The position numbers and the translations under genes are program-made. Shown here piece by piece: positions 9,118-17,831 of a stretch of DNA of 64,000 bases. The stretch is from an uncultured Candidatus Saccharibacteria bacterium (GTDB lineage: Bacteria > Patescibacteriota > CALEFQ01). The notes beneath the pieces were generated by a model. It saw nothing but the letters and a program-made list of their open reading frames with translations. It searched no databases and had not been told where the DNA came from. How positions within the stretch are numbered: position 1 is the first letter of the stretch; every line of letters starts with the position of its first letter. The stretch is from NCBI GenBank assembly GCA_965230955.1, contig OZ246404.1:353184-417183 (forward strand), read 5' to 3'.

Positions 9118-10513
9118 TCTAAAAAAAATAAAGCGAATCCACTTGATTGGTATCAAGGGTGTTGGCATGTCCGCCTTGGCTTTGATTTTGAAAGGGCGGG
9201 GATTTCAGGTGACCGGTTCGGATGTGGCGCAGGAATTTATCACCGATAAAAATTTGATTTCAGCCAAGATTCCCGTCACGGCGTTCGCGGCCGAAAATAT
9301 CTCGCCGCAAATCGATCTCGTGGTCACGACTCCGGCCTGGGGAGAAAAAAACCCGGAAATAGCGCAGGTCCGCCAATTGAAATTGCCGGTGATTTCCGGA
9401 GCCGCTCTGCTGGGATTATTGATGGATCAGCGGCGCGGGATTGTGGTCACCGGGACTCACGGCAAAACGACCACTACCGCGACGCTGGCTTTTGTTTTGC
9501 ATTATCTGGGATTAGATCCTTCATATTTTATCGGTACCGGTAAAATTTTCGGTCTGGAAGCGAATGGCCATGCCGGCCGGGGAGAATTTCTGGTCGCCGA
9601 GGGGGATGAATACAAAAGCGTCGCGGAAGGCCAGCGCTCGAAATTCATGGATCTGCGCCCGGAATTGGCGATTATCACCAGCGTGGAAATGGATCATCCC
9701 GATGTGTTTGCTTCGCTGGTTGAGGTCAAAAAAACTTTTCGTGATTTCACGAAAAATATTCGCCCCCATGGTTTCATTGCCGCTTATGGTGATGCGCGGA
9801 GCGTCCGGGAAGTGACGGCCGATGTCCCTTCGGCTACCGTCGAGTATTACGGGCTAGAAAGTAACAACACCTGGCGCGCGACGGATTTGGTATTTCGCGA
9901 ACAATCGACCGATTTTTCGGTGCATTATCGAGGGGAAGCACTGGGGCGTTTCACCACCCAACTGGCCGGACGGCACAGTGTTTTAAATACGCTGGGCGTG
10001 ATTGCCGTTTGCCATCATTTGGGTTTGGATCTGGAGCGGGTCAAAACGGCTTTGCGTGAATTTATCGGCAGTGAACGGCGTTTGGAATACAAAGGTGAAA
10101 AAAAAGGCGTTTTGGTCTACGATGATTACGCCCACCATCCGACCGCTATCAAGACGACTCTCGAGGGCCTGCAAGCTCGTTTTCCGGAGCGCAAAATCTG
10201 GTGCGTTTTCCAGCCGCACACTTTCTCCCGCACGAAAGCATTGTTGCCCGATTTTGCCGTCTCTTTCGGCGCGGCGGACCATGTTTTGCTGACGGAAATA
10301 TGGGGCTCGGCTCGAGAGAAAAAGGGTGATGTCAGTTCGCGTGATATCGTCAGTTTGGGGGCTAAGCGACATCCCGATATGCGCTTTTGTCCGGACATGG
10401 CCGCGGCTCAGCGGATACTGGAAAAAGAAGCCCGAGCGGGCGAGCTTATCGTCACTATGGGCGCGGGCGATATTTATCATTTGGCGGAATATTATCTTTC
10501 AAGTATCAAGTAA
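9107..10513 (+). CDS. murC: UDP-MurNAc-L-alanine ligase
   Basis: IGIKGVGMSALA, GTHGKTTTT, EGDEY, DDYAHHP, FQPH. Confidence 0.96.
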   Translation: MPIDLKKIKRIHLIGIKGVGMSALALILKGRGFQVTGSDVAQEFITDKNLISAKIPVTAFAAENISPQIDLVVTTPAWGEKNPEIAQVRQLKLPVISGAALLGLLMDQRRGIVVTGTHGKTTTTATLAFVLHYLGLDPSYFIGTGKIFGLEANGHAGRGEFLVAEGDEYKSVAEGQRSKFMDLRPELAIITSVEMDHPDVFASLVEVKKTFRDFTKNIRPHGFIAAYGDARSVREVTADVPSATVEYYGLESNNTWRATDLVFREQSTDFSVHYRGEALGRFTTQLAGRHSVLNTLGVIAVCHHLGLDLERVKTALREFIGSERRLEYKGEKKGVLVYDDYAHHPTAIKTTLEGLQARFPERKIWCVFQPHTFSRTKALLPDFAVSFGAADHVLLTEIWGSAREKKGDVSSRDIVSLGAKRHPDMRFCPDMAAAQRILEKEARAGELIVTMGAGDIYHLAEYYLSSIK

Positions 10514-10590
10514 CAGGGAACAAGTAACAAATTGGAATAAAATTATTCCTATTGATTCCCTGATACTTGTTACCTGTTACTTGATACTTA
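10500..10590. repeat. Inverted heptamer array (CAAGTAA-type / TTGTTAC-type) overlapping murC stop
   Basis: caagtat caagtaa cagggaa caagtaa ... ctgatac ttgttac ctgttac ttgatac. Confidence 0.85.
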
Positions 10591-10600
10591 AAACGCTTCA

Positions 10601-11533
10601 ATGCTAAAAAAACTCGCCAATCTCCAAGAGAATATCCCCCTCTCGCGTTATACCACCTTCCGTCTCGGCGGCCCGGCGCGGTATTTGGTTGAGGTAAAAA
10701 ACCGCGAAGAATTGATTGGTGCTTTGAATTGGGCGCGCGATCAGAAAATTCGATACATGATTATCGGCGGTGGAAGTAATGTTTTGTTTTTGGATAGCGG
10801 TTTCGACGGCTTGGTGATAAAAAATTCTACTCTCAAACTGGAAGTTTCCGGCGAGCGGATGATGGTTGATTCCGGTGTCGGTCTGCATACTCTCGTCGTC
10901 GAAGCTTGTCGCCGCGGTTTGGCCGGACTGGAGAGTTTGTCCTGGATTCCGGGATCGGTCGGCGGAGCGATTTACGGCAATGCCGGAGCGTATGGCCAGG
11001 AAATCGGAAAAGTCGTGGAGACGGTGGAGGTCTATGATGAAAAGACGGGGCAGGTCAAGCAGTGTACCGCGTCGGAGTGCAATTTTTCTTATCGCGATAG
11101 CGTATTTAAAAGTGTCGGGGGAGTCATTGTTTTAGGCGCGACCCTGAAGTTATCGGCGGCTAAAGATAATGAGTTGACTGATAAGTGCGAAACGATTAAG
11201 CGGGAACGGCAGAAAAAAATTCCCGTCGAGCCCAGTGCCGGCTGTGTTTTTCAAAATATCCCGGTTTCGGAAGCTCAGAAAAACGACAAACTCAATTCTT
11301 TTTTGGCCCAGGTCAAAGGTGACAAGGTGGCGGCCGGGCTATTGATTGACCGGGCCGGTTTGAAAGGAAAAAAGATCGGCGGAGCGATGGTTTCTCCCCG
11401 GCACGCCAATTTTATCGTCAATACCGGTCAGGCCACAGCGGATGATGTGCTAAAATTAATCAGCTTGATTAAGGCCAGCGTTCGTGATATGTTTGGAGTG
11501 AATTTGGAGTGTGAGGTGCAAATAATCAGGTAA
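10601..11533 (+). CDS. murB: UDP-GlcNAc-enolpyruvate reductase
   Basis: TTFRLGGPA, GGGSN, IPGSVGGA..NAGAYG, FSYRDS, SAGCVF, HANFIVN. Confidence 0.97.
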   Translation: MLKKLANLQENIPLSRYTTFRLGGPARYLVEVKNREELIGALNWARDQKIRYMIIGGGSNVLFLDSGFDGLVIKNSTLKLEVSGERMMVDSGVGLHTLVVEACRRGLAGLESLSWIPGSVGGAIYGNAGAYGQEIGKVVETVEVYDEKTGQVKQCTASECNFSYRDSVFKSVGGVIVLGATLKLSAAKDNELTDKCETIKRERQKKIPVEPSAGCVFQNIPVSEAQKNDKLNSFLAQVKGDKVAAGLLIDRAGLKGKKIGGAMVSPRHANFIVNTGQATADDVLKLISLIKASVRDMFGVNLECEVQIIR

Positions 11534-11604
11534 CAGTTAACAAGTAACAGGTAACAAGGAACAAAAAGGAAAAATATTATTCTAATTTGTTACCTGTTAC
11601 TTGT
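11527..11604. repeat. Inverted heptamer array overlapping murB stop
   Basis: caggtaa cagttaa caagtaa caggtaa caaggaa ... ttgttac ctgttac ttg. Confidence 0.85.
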
Positions 11605-11614
11605 AAATAATCCT

Positions 11615-12172
11615 ATGAAAATCGTCATCAAAGGAACCAACACCGAATTAACGCCGTCGCTTAAGGAGTACGTGTACGAAAAAGTCGGCCAGCTGGAGAA
11701 GTATATCAAGCGGGTGGTGGAAGCCGATGTCGAACTGGAAGTTTACAAAAAGCATAATTCGGGCGAAAATTTTCGGGCGGAAGTGATGCTTTTCGTCCCG
11801 AAAGATGTTTTGCGCGCTTCGGAACAGGCGACGGATATGTACGCGGCCATCGATTTGGTTATGCCCAAACTGAAAAAGCAAATCGAGAAATATAAGGCGA
11901 AGATCCAGCACAAGCACCAGCGCCAATCACGTTCTTTTTCTTGGGGCGAATTGTTTGGCACGCCGAAGCCAGAAGAAGAAGAACCGGTTCAGCCGCGGAT
12001 CGTTAAACGCAAGCAGTTTTCGATGACGGACCCGATTTCCGAGGCCGAGGCTATTCGGCAGATGAATTTGATCGGACATGATTTCTTCCTCTTCCATAAT
12101 GCCGATACCGATCGGATGAGTGTGGTGTACAAACGGGATGACGGGGATTATGGATTAATCGAGCCGAAGTAA
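11615..12172 (+). CDS. hpf: Long ribosome hibernation promoting factor (HPF/RaiA)
   Basis: DMYAAID..KL.KQ..KYK; C-terminal EAIRQMNLIGHDFFLF..VVYKRDDGDYGLIE. Confidence 0.93.
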   Translation: MKIVIKGTNTELTPSLKEYVYEKVGQLEKYIKRVVEADVELEVYKKHNSGENFRAEVMLFVPKDVLRASEQATDMYAAIDLVMPKLKKQIEKYKAKIQHKHQRQSRSFSWGELFGTPKPEEEEPVQPRIVKRKQFSMTDPISEAEAIRQMNLIGHDFFLFHNADTDRMSVVYKRDDGDYGLIEPK

Positions 12173-12176
12173 GAAA

Positions 12177-12226
12177 TTAAGATTATTAAGAGTATTAAGA
12201 TATTAAGAATGCTAAGGTTTAAGATA
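12177..12226. repeat. TTAAGA(N2-3) tandem array
   Basis: ttaagatta ttaagagta ttaagata ttaagaatg ctaaggt ttaagata. Confidence 0.7.
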
Positions 12227-12714
12227 TGAGGAAAGGGACGTTGTATTTTTTGCTCCGAGGAGAAGGGGATGATTTGGAAGTGTTGCTGGCGATGAAGAAA
12301 CGCGGGTTTGGGCGGGGGAAGTGGAACGGCTGTGGCGGAAAAGTCGAGAAGGCGGAAACGATTGAGCGGGCCATGATTCGCGAGGCGGAGGAAGAAATCG
12401 GAGTCAAGCCTAAAATTTTCGCCCAGGTTGCGATTTTGACTTTTACCTTTCCCGATGTCCCTAAAGAAAAAAGCTGGGATCAGGAGATTCATGTTTTCAC
12501 CGGACGTGAAGCTGAGGGGGAGCCGAGAGAAACGGAAGAAATGAAGCCGCAGTGGTTTGCGGCCAAGAGGTTACCTTTCGCCCAGATGTGGATCGATGAT
12601 CCTCACTGGCTACCCCAAATTTTGTCTGGCCAAAAAATCAGAGCCAGTTTCGCTTTTTCGGGCGCGGGCACGGGGATAAAAGAAAAAAAGATCGAAAAGG
12701 TGGAGCGATTCTAA
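12226..12714 (+). CDS. Nudix hydrolase, 8-oxo-dGTPase (MTH1-like)
   Basis: KKRGFGRGKWNGCGGKVE, Nudix box REAEEEIG, MWIDD. Confidence 0.9.
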   Translation: MRKGTLYFLLRGEGDDLEVLLAMKKRGFGRGKWNGCGGKVEKAETIERAMIREAEEEIGVKPKIFAQVAILTFTFPDVPKEKSWDQEIHVFTGREAEGEPRETEEMKPQWFAAKRLPFAQMWIDDPHWLPQILSGQKIRASFAFSGAGTGIKEKKIEKVERF

Positions 12715-12821
12715 ATATCCCGGGATTCAAACAGGCCAAGTTGTACTGTTTTTTTTGTTCACAAAAGAAGCTTGTCTGGCGCCGAGTTTGCCGGGAGGTC
12801 GAATAACCGGCGAAGGTAAAT

Positions 12822-12849
12822 AAAAAAGCAGGAACGGGTGTTCCTGCTT
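12822..12849 (-). terminator. Intrinsic terminator of minus-strand orphan gene
   Basis: aagcaggaac gggt gttcctgctt preceded by A-run (U-tract on minus strand). Confidence 0.8.
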
Positions 12850-12857
12850 GCGATATT

Positions 12858-13919
12858 TTATGTACGAGATGTACGAGGTCGAGTTGTGAAATTGTAATTG
12901 ATAAGTGGCAAGTGGTTTTCGATGACGAACCAATGATCGTCCAAGCGCGGTCGGTTCGAATCGATTTCTACGCCTTCCGAAGCCCAGAATGAAAAGTACA
13001 GGCAATCATCACCGGTTTTGCATTGAACGGCGATAGTCTCATCGTGTGCCGCCGATTGAAATTTAGCGTGACATACGACATAGGGTAGAAAAAGCCGGGC
13101 GAAATGATCGAATCCGCTGGCTTCATTAGCTGGTGCCGGGACAAATGTGAATACAGTAGGGATAATCATGTTGGTGCCAGGCATTTCTACCGTTATTTTT
13201 CCGAGAGAAGTATTTTCCAGTGCCGGTTTATGTCCCTGAAGCGTGCACAGAGTCTTTAGAGCGAGCCGGCGCTCTGGGACGATGTTTTCCTCGAAGAATT
13301 CTGATAATTCTCCAAATGGGAGAGTTGCGGGGATGGTATCGCCCAGGCAAAACTTTTGCAGGGCGGGAATAGCCTCGAGAATGATATTTTTTTCCAAATA
13401 ATCGTAATCCCGGGCGTTTACCAGTGCTTGGCATATTTTGTCTACCAGCCATTTGAAAGCTTGGGCATCCTCACCTTTACGATCGATTTCGATCTCCGGA
13501 GTTTTCAGATCCTGTGACAGTCGATAAGAAATGTGCAGGAAAAAAAGCAGACTACGGTGAAATGGATCCTGAAAAGTGATGTGTTCGGGGTTGCCGAGAA
13601 AGTCCAGGATGAGATTGATTCTGTCTTTGAATGACCGATTTCTTGAGTGGAACACGTTGGGAATCAAGTAGCGGAATATGATTTCGAGAGCTTTCTTTTT
13701 CACTGACGTAGCATCTGGGCCGGATGAATCTGCGACCTGAAATAGGAATTTGATACTTTCATCCTGCTCCTTGAGCTCAAGTTGGCAAAATTCCGGCCAG
13801 TCTTTAAGTCTCTGGCCGATCGAATGTAGGATTCCAATTTGAGCCTCAGCAACTTCCAAATCTCTGATTCTGGCGAAATTTTCTATCGATTTTGTCAAAG
13901 AACCATTAGTTGGTGCCAT
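12858..13919 (-). CDS. Hypothetical protein (about 353 aa)
   Basis: Long ORF with SD AGAAGGAGG upstream of ATG 13919, own promoter and terminator; no family recognised. Confidence 0.7.
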   Translation of the reverse strand: MAPTNGSLTKSIENFARIRDLEVAEAQIGILHSIGQRLKDWPEFCQLELKEQDESIKFLFQVADSSGPDATSVKKKALEIIFRYLIPNVFHSRNRSFKDRINLILDFLGNPEHITFQDPFHRSLLFFLHISYRLSQDLKTPEIEIDRKGEDAQAFKWLVDKICQALVNARDYDYLEKNIILEAIPALQKFCLGDTIPATLPFGELSEFFEENIVPERRLALKTLCTLQGHKPALENTSLGKITVEMPGTNMIIPTVFTFVPAPANEASGFDHFARLFLPYVVCHAKFQSAAHDETIAVQCKTGDDCLYFSFWASEGVEIDSNRPRLDDHWFVIENHLPLINYNFTTRPRTSRT

Positions 13920-13973
13920 TTTAGGCCTCCTTCTGGTTGAGCCGACCATCTTAGGTCGGCTGGTTGTGTGGAA

Positions 13974-14002
13974 ACCCTATCAAAAAGAAAGCTGTTTGTC
14001 AA
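13974..14002 (-). promoter_or_regulatory. sigma70-type promoter of orphan gene
   Basis: Minus strand TTGACA-17 nt-TAGGGT. Confidence 0.55.
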
Positions 14003-14034
14003 TGTTATGTGGTAATTTTTTTCCTGATTTTTCC

Positions 14035-14198
14035 AAAAAAAAGACACGGAAACTCTGTCTTTTGCGCACATAGAAAGGAGGTACCCTCAGAGCAGTTGTT
14101 ACCAGATGGTTAAGCTCTTTTGGGAGTGGTGGCAAAGTTTCCGTGTCAGGATGGCCCTCAAGCCTCATGAACAATCAACCGAGAGGCTTTTGGAGGCA
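14035..14198 (-). ncRNA. Candidate structured small RNA
   Basis: Promoter upstream, 5' hairpin, 15-bp closing stem (14043-14057/14133-14147), 8-U tract. Confidence 0.5.
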
Positions 14199-14204
14199 AA
14201 ATAC

Positions 14205-14233
14205 ATATTATTACACTTTACGGATAGTGTCAA
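14205..14233 (-). promoter_or_regulatory. sigma70-type promoter
   Basis: Minus strand TTGACA-17 nt-TAATAT. Confidence 0.7.
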
Positions 14234-14437
14234 GGGCGGGGAGTCGGTATTCAAATATCGAACTGAATTCAATTGTAAATGTTGCAATAAGCGCCTTGGT
14301 CCCTTGGAATTTCGCAGTTTATCGCCCTTCTGCCGGAGGCAGGGACACTGGTTATTTGATAAGATTACCAATTATTATGTAGCTTGATTACACCTAGAGA
14401 TAGTGCTAAACTAACTCTGTTTTTAACTATTCAATTT

Positions 14438-17104
14438 ATGTCGGTATTCTCCAAAATGTTTGGCGACAGCGAGACGCGCTTGGCCAAAAAATACGCTCCG
14501 ATTATTGCGCAGATCAATGAGTTTGATCGATCTTTTGATAAACTGACGGATGATCAGCTTCGGGCGAAAACCAAGGAGTGGCAAGCGAAATTCAAGAGCA
14601 TAAAAGATTTGGCGGAAGAGAAAAAACAACTGGAAGCTATGCTACCCGCCGCTTTTGCCGCGGTCAAAAATGCCTGCAAACGTTTACGGGGGACGGAATA
14701 CGAAATCGCCGGAATCAAAGAAAAATGGCAAATGGTGCCGTTTGATGTCCAGCTGATCGGCGGAATCGTGCTCCATCACGGCCGAATCGCTGAAATGAAA
14801 ACCGGCGAAGGCAAAACTTTGGTGGCGACGCTTCCGATTTATCTCAATGCCCTGACCGGCCGCGGCGTCCATGTCGTCACGGTCAACGAATACTTGGCCG
14901 CCCGCGATGCTTCTTGGATGGGACTTGTCTATAAATTTTTGGGTCTCACTGTCGGATCGACTTTACACGAACAAACTCCGGCGGAGAAAAAGATTGCTTA
15001 TAACTGCGATATCACTTACGGCACCAATAATGAATTCGGCTTCGACTATTTGCGCGACAATATGGTTTACGAGCTGAAGCAGAAAACCCAGCGCGAACTG
15101 CATTATGCCATTGTCGATGAAGTCGACAGCATTTTGATCGACGAAGCGCGTACTCCTTTGATTATTTCCGCGCCGGATGAGGAATCGGGTAAAATGTACA
15201 GCCAGTTCGCGGCTATGATTCCGCGGCTGAAAGAAAATGTCCATTATAATGTCGATGAAAAAGACAAAGCGGCTTTTTTGACCGATGCCGGCATGGATGA
15301 ACTGGAGAAAATGCTCGGGACAAGCAATATTTACAACGAAAAGGGCGTCGCCTATGTTCATCATCTCGAGCAGGCGCTCAAGGCCCATGCGTTATTTAAG
15401 CTTGATCGCGATTACGTAGTGAAGGAAGGCGAGGTCATTATTGTCGATCAGTTTACCGGGCGTTTGATGCCGGGACGACGTTATTCCGAAGGTTTGCACC
15501 AGGCGATTGAAGCCAAGGAAGGCGTGGCGGTGCAGAAAGAAAGCAAAACCCTGGCGACGATCACTTTTCAGAATTATTTTCGTCTTTATAAAAAACTGGG
15601 TGGTATGACCGGTACGGCCAAAACCCAGGAAGAAGAATTTCAAAAGGTTTATAATCTCGAAGTTGATATCATCCCGACCAATAAACCGATGGTTCGCGAT
15701 GATCAGGCCGATAAAATTTATAAAAACGAACAGGGGAAATACAAGGCGGTGGTGGAAGAACTAAAACGTCTCCAGGCCAAAGGCCAGCCGGTTTTGGTCG
15801 GCACGATTGCCATCCAAAAATCCGAAGTCCTCAGCGGGATGTTGCGTCGAGCGGGTGTGCCGCACGAAGTCTTGAACGCCAAACAGCATGAACGCGAAGC
15901 CAAGATTGTGGCCAAGGCGGGTCAAAAAGGCGCCATCACGATCGCGACCAATATGGCCGGACGCGGAACAGACATCAAGCTCGGACCCGGCGTGGTTGAA
16001 GTCGGCGGTTTGCATGTGTTGGGAACGGAGCGGCATGAAGCCCGACGGATCGACAATCAGCTGCGCGGACGGAGTGGGCGCCAGGGTGATCCCGGCTCAT
16101 CCCAGTTTTACGTTTCCATGGATGATGATTTGATGCGGATGTTCGGCTCGGATCGGATGAAGGCGATTATGGAAACGCTCAAAGTCCCGGAAGACCAGCC
16201 GATTGAAAGCGGAATTATTTCCAAGCAAATCGAGGGTGCCCAGAAAAAGGTGGAAGGCCATAACTTTGATATTCGCCGCTATGTGCTGGAATACGACAAT
16301 GTGATGAACAAGCATCGGGAGATTATGTATAAAAAACGGCGAGAGATTTTGGAAGCGTGGGAGAATGAAAAAGTCAAAAGTCAAAAGTCAAAAGTCAAAA
16401 GCGAGGAACTACCCTATCCCAATGTGAAAACGTTGCGGGAGAGGGTGTGGGAGATGGTTGAGAAAGAACTGGAAACGGTAGTGGAAGATAAAACTCGGAC
16501 GGAAGTGGAACAGGATTGGGATGTCGAGGAAATTATGGAAGTGTGCAATACGATTTTCCCGGCAACATCTGATTTGCGGCAAAATCTGGAAAAAATTGCC
16601 GGCCAGGCGGGGACCGAGGCGCAAGATGGACTGGCTCGGACGGAAATGAAAAAATACTTGTTGGGTTTGGCGCGAGCGGCTTACGATCGCAAAGAAAAAG
16701 AAATCGGGTCGCCGACCATGCGCCAGATCGAGCGGGCGATTTTATTGCGCTCGATCGACATGCTCTGGATCGAGCACCTCGACGCGATGCAATCATTGCG
16801 TGAGGGGATTGGGCTCCGCGGTTACGGTCAGCGCGATCCGCTGGTGGAATACAAGCGCGAAGGCTATCGTTATTTTGAAGAATTGCTGGCCAATGTGCAG
16901 AAGCAAGTGGTCTATACTATTTACAAAGTAAAAGTTGAAGCAAAAAAGCCTCTCCCGATGGAAAGCGCGCAGAAAATGACGTCGGGGGGAGATAACTCAA
17001 AAACAAGTGCCGCGCCGGCTAAAAAGAAAGAGCAGATTGGGCGCAATGATCCCTGTCCGTGTGGCAGTGGAAAAAAATACAAAAAATGTCACGGAGCGGA
17101 ATAA
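14438..17104 (+). CDS. secA: Preprotein translocase ATPase SecA
   Basis: EMKTGEGKT, DEVDSILIDEARTPLIIS, ATNMAGRGTDI, SEC-C GRNDPCPCGSGKKYKKCHG; ATG 14438. Confidence 0.98.
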   Translation: MSVFSKMFGDSETRLAKKYAPIIAQINEFDRSFDKLTDDQLRAKTKEWQAKFKSIKDLAEEKKQLEAMLPAAFAAVKNACKRLRGTEYEIAGIKEKWQMVPFDVQLIGGIVLHHGRIAEMKTGEGKTLVATLPIYLNALTGRGVHVVTVNEYLAARDASWMGLVYKFLGLTVGSTLHEQTPAEKKIAYNCDITYGTNNEFGFDYLRDNMVYELKQKTQRELHYAIVDEVDSILIDEARTPLIISAPDEESGKMYSQFAAMIPRLKENVHYNVDEKDKAAFLTDAGMDELEKMLGTSNIYNEKGVAYVHHLEQALKAHALFKLDRDYVVKEGEVIIVDQFTGRLMPGRRYSEGLHQAIEAKEGVAVQKESKTLATITFQNYFRLYKKLGGMTGTAKTQEEEFQKVYNLEVDIIPTNKPMVRDDQADKIYKNEQGKYKAVVEELKRLQAKGQPVLVGTIAIQKSEVLSGMLRRAGVPHEVLNAKQHEREAKIVAKAGQKGAITIATNMAGRGTDIKLGPGVVEVGGLHVLGTERHEARRIDNQLRGRSGRQGDPGSSQFYVSMDDDLMRMFGSDRMKAIMETLKVPEDQPIESGIISKQIEGAQKKVEGHNFDIRRYVLEYDNVMNKHREIMYKKRREILEAWENEKVKSQKSKVKSEELPYPNVKTLRERVWEMVEKELETVVEDKTRTEVEQDWDVEEIMEVCNTIFPATSDLRQNLEKIAGQAGTEAQDGLARTEMKKYLLGLARAAYDRKEKEIGSPTMRQIERAILLRSIDMLWIEHLDAMQSLREGIGLRGYGQRDPLVEYKREGYRYFEELLANVQKQVVYTIYKVKVEAKKPLPMESAQKMTSGGDNSKTSAAPAKKKEQIGRNDPCPCGSGKKYKKCHGAE
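16369..16401. repeat. (AAAAGTC)x4+ microsatellite inside secA coding sequence
   Basis: aaaagtc x4 + aaaag, translated KVKSQKSKVKS. Confidence 0.9.
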
Positions 17105-17107
17105 GCC

Positions 17108-17560
17108 ATGAAAGCCATAATAGAAATTCCTCGGGGAGATGACCGTCGCCGTCATATTCGATATGACCACACGGGGTTTATTGATTTAGGGCCGATCAAA
17201 GAAAAAATTCCGATCAATCAGGGAATTATGCCGGTGCATTACGGTTATTTGCTGGGGACGTATAATGAGTCAGAGGGTGATGAAGTGGATGTTTTGGTAA
17301 TTTCCCAAAACAAATTTAGTGTCGGACAGACCGTCGAAGTGACTCCAATAGCGCTGATCTTGCGTGATGACGGTGATGACAAAATTGTCGCCGTTGACTC
17401 AACGGTTGTCGCTGTTGAAAAATGGGCTGATCTTTCTACGGGTGACCAAAAAATGCTACTGGATTTTTTTGGGTATCGGCATCGGATTTTGTCTGTTGAA
17501 AATGCGACTGAGGCGAATCAATATATCGTCCGGAATACCAAAAGCAGTCGCCTCAAATAA
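17108..17560 (+). CDS. ppa: Family I inorganic pyrophosphatase
   Basis: IIEIPRG, PVHYGY..GT...GDEVDVLV, DDGDDKIVAV, FF..Y. Confidence 0.8.
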   Translation: MKAIIEIPRGDDRRRHIRYDHTGFIDLGPIKEKIPINQGIMPVHYGYLLGTYNESEGDEVDVLVISQNKFSVGQTVEVTPIALILRDDGDDKIVAVDSTVVAVEKWADLSTGDQKMLLDFFGYRHRILSVENATEANQYIVRNTKSSRLK

Positions 17561-17698
17561 AAAAAGCCGCAAGTGTTTGAGGAGCGAGGGCTGGAATCTT
17601 TCGCTCGGCGCTACTTGATTCCGTGACACTTGCGGCAGCCAAATTTCATATCTCCTGATGGAGAATCAGAAGGGTTGGCTAGTTTCCCGTCTGGTGAT
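17559..17698 (-). ncRNA. Candidate structured small RNA with nested pseudoknot
   Basis: 11-bp closing stem 17566-76/17626-36, interleaved 6-bp pairings, 5' hairpin, U-tract, promoter 17705-17732. Confidence 0.5.
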
Positions 17699-17704
17699 AG
17701 CACT

Positions 17705-17732
17705 AGTTTAACAAAACTATGGGTAAATGCAA
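17705..17732 (-). promoter_or_regulatory. sigma70-type extended -10 promoter
   Basis: Minus strand TTGCAT-16 nt-TAAACT with TGn extension. Confidence 0.55.
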
Positions 17733-17831
17733 GAAAAAACGGCAAAAGAAAGATAACTTTATGTGGCAGGGTGGGGGGAGAAGTGGTATGATAATATCTG
17801 AATAATATTGTCGTAAATATACTAAAACATT

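Noticed and set aside
10500-10590. Heptamer arrays as CRISPR
   Set aside because: Units are 7 nt and contiguous with no repeat-spacer periodicity; no cas genes
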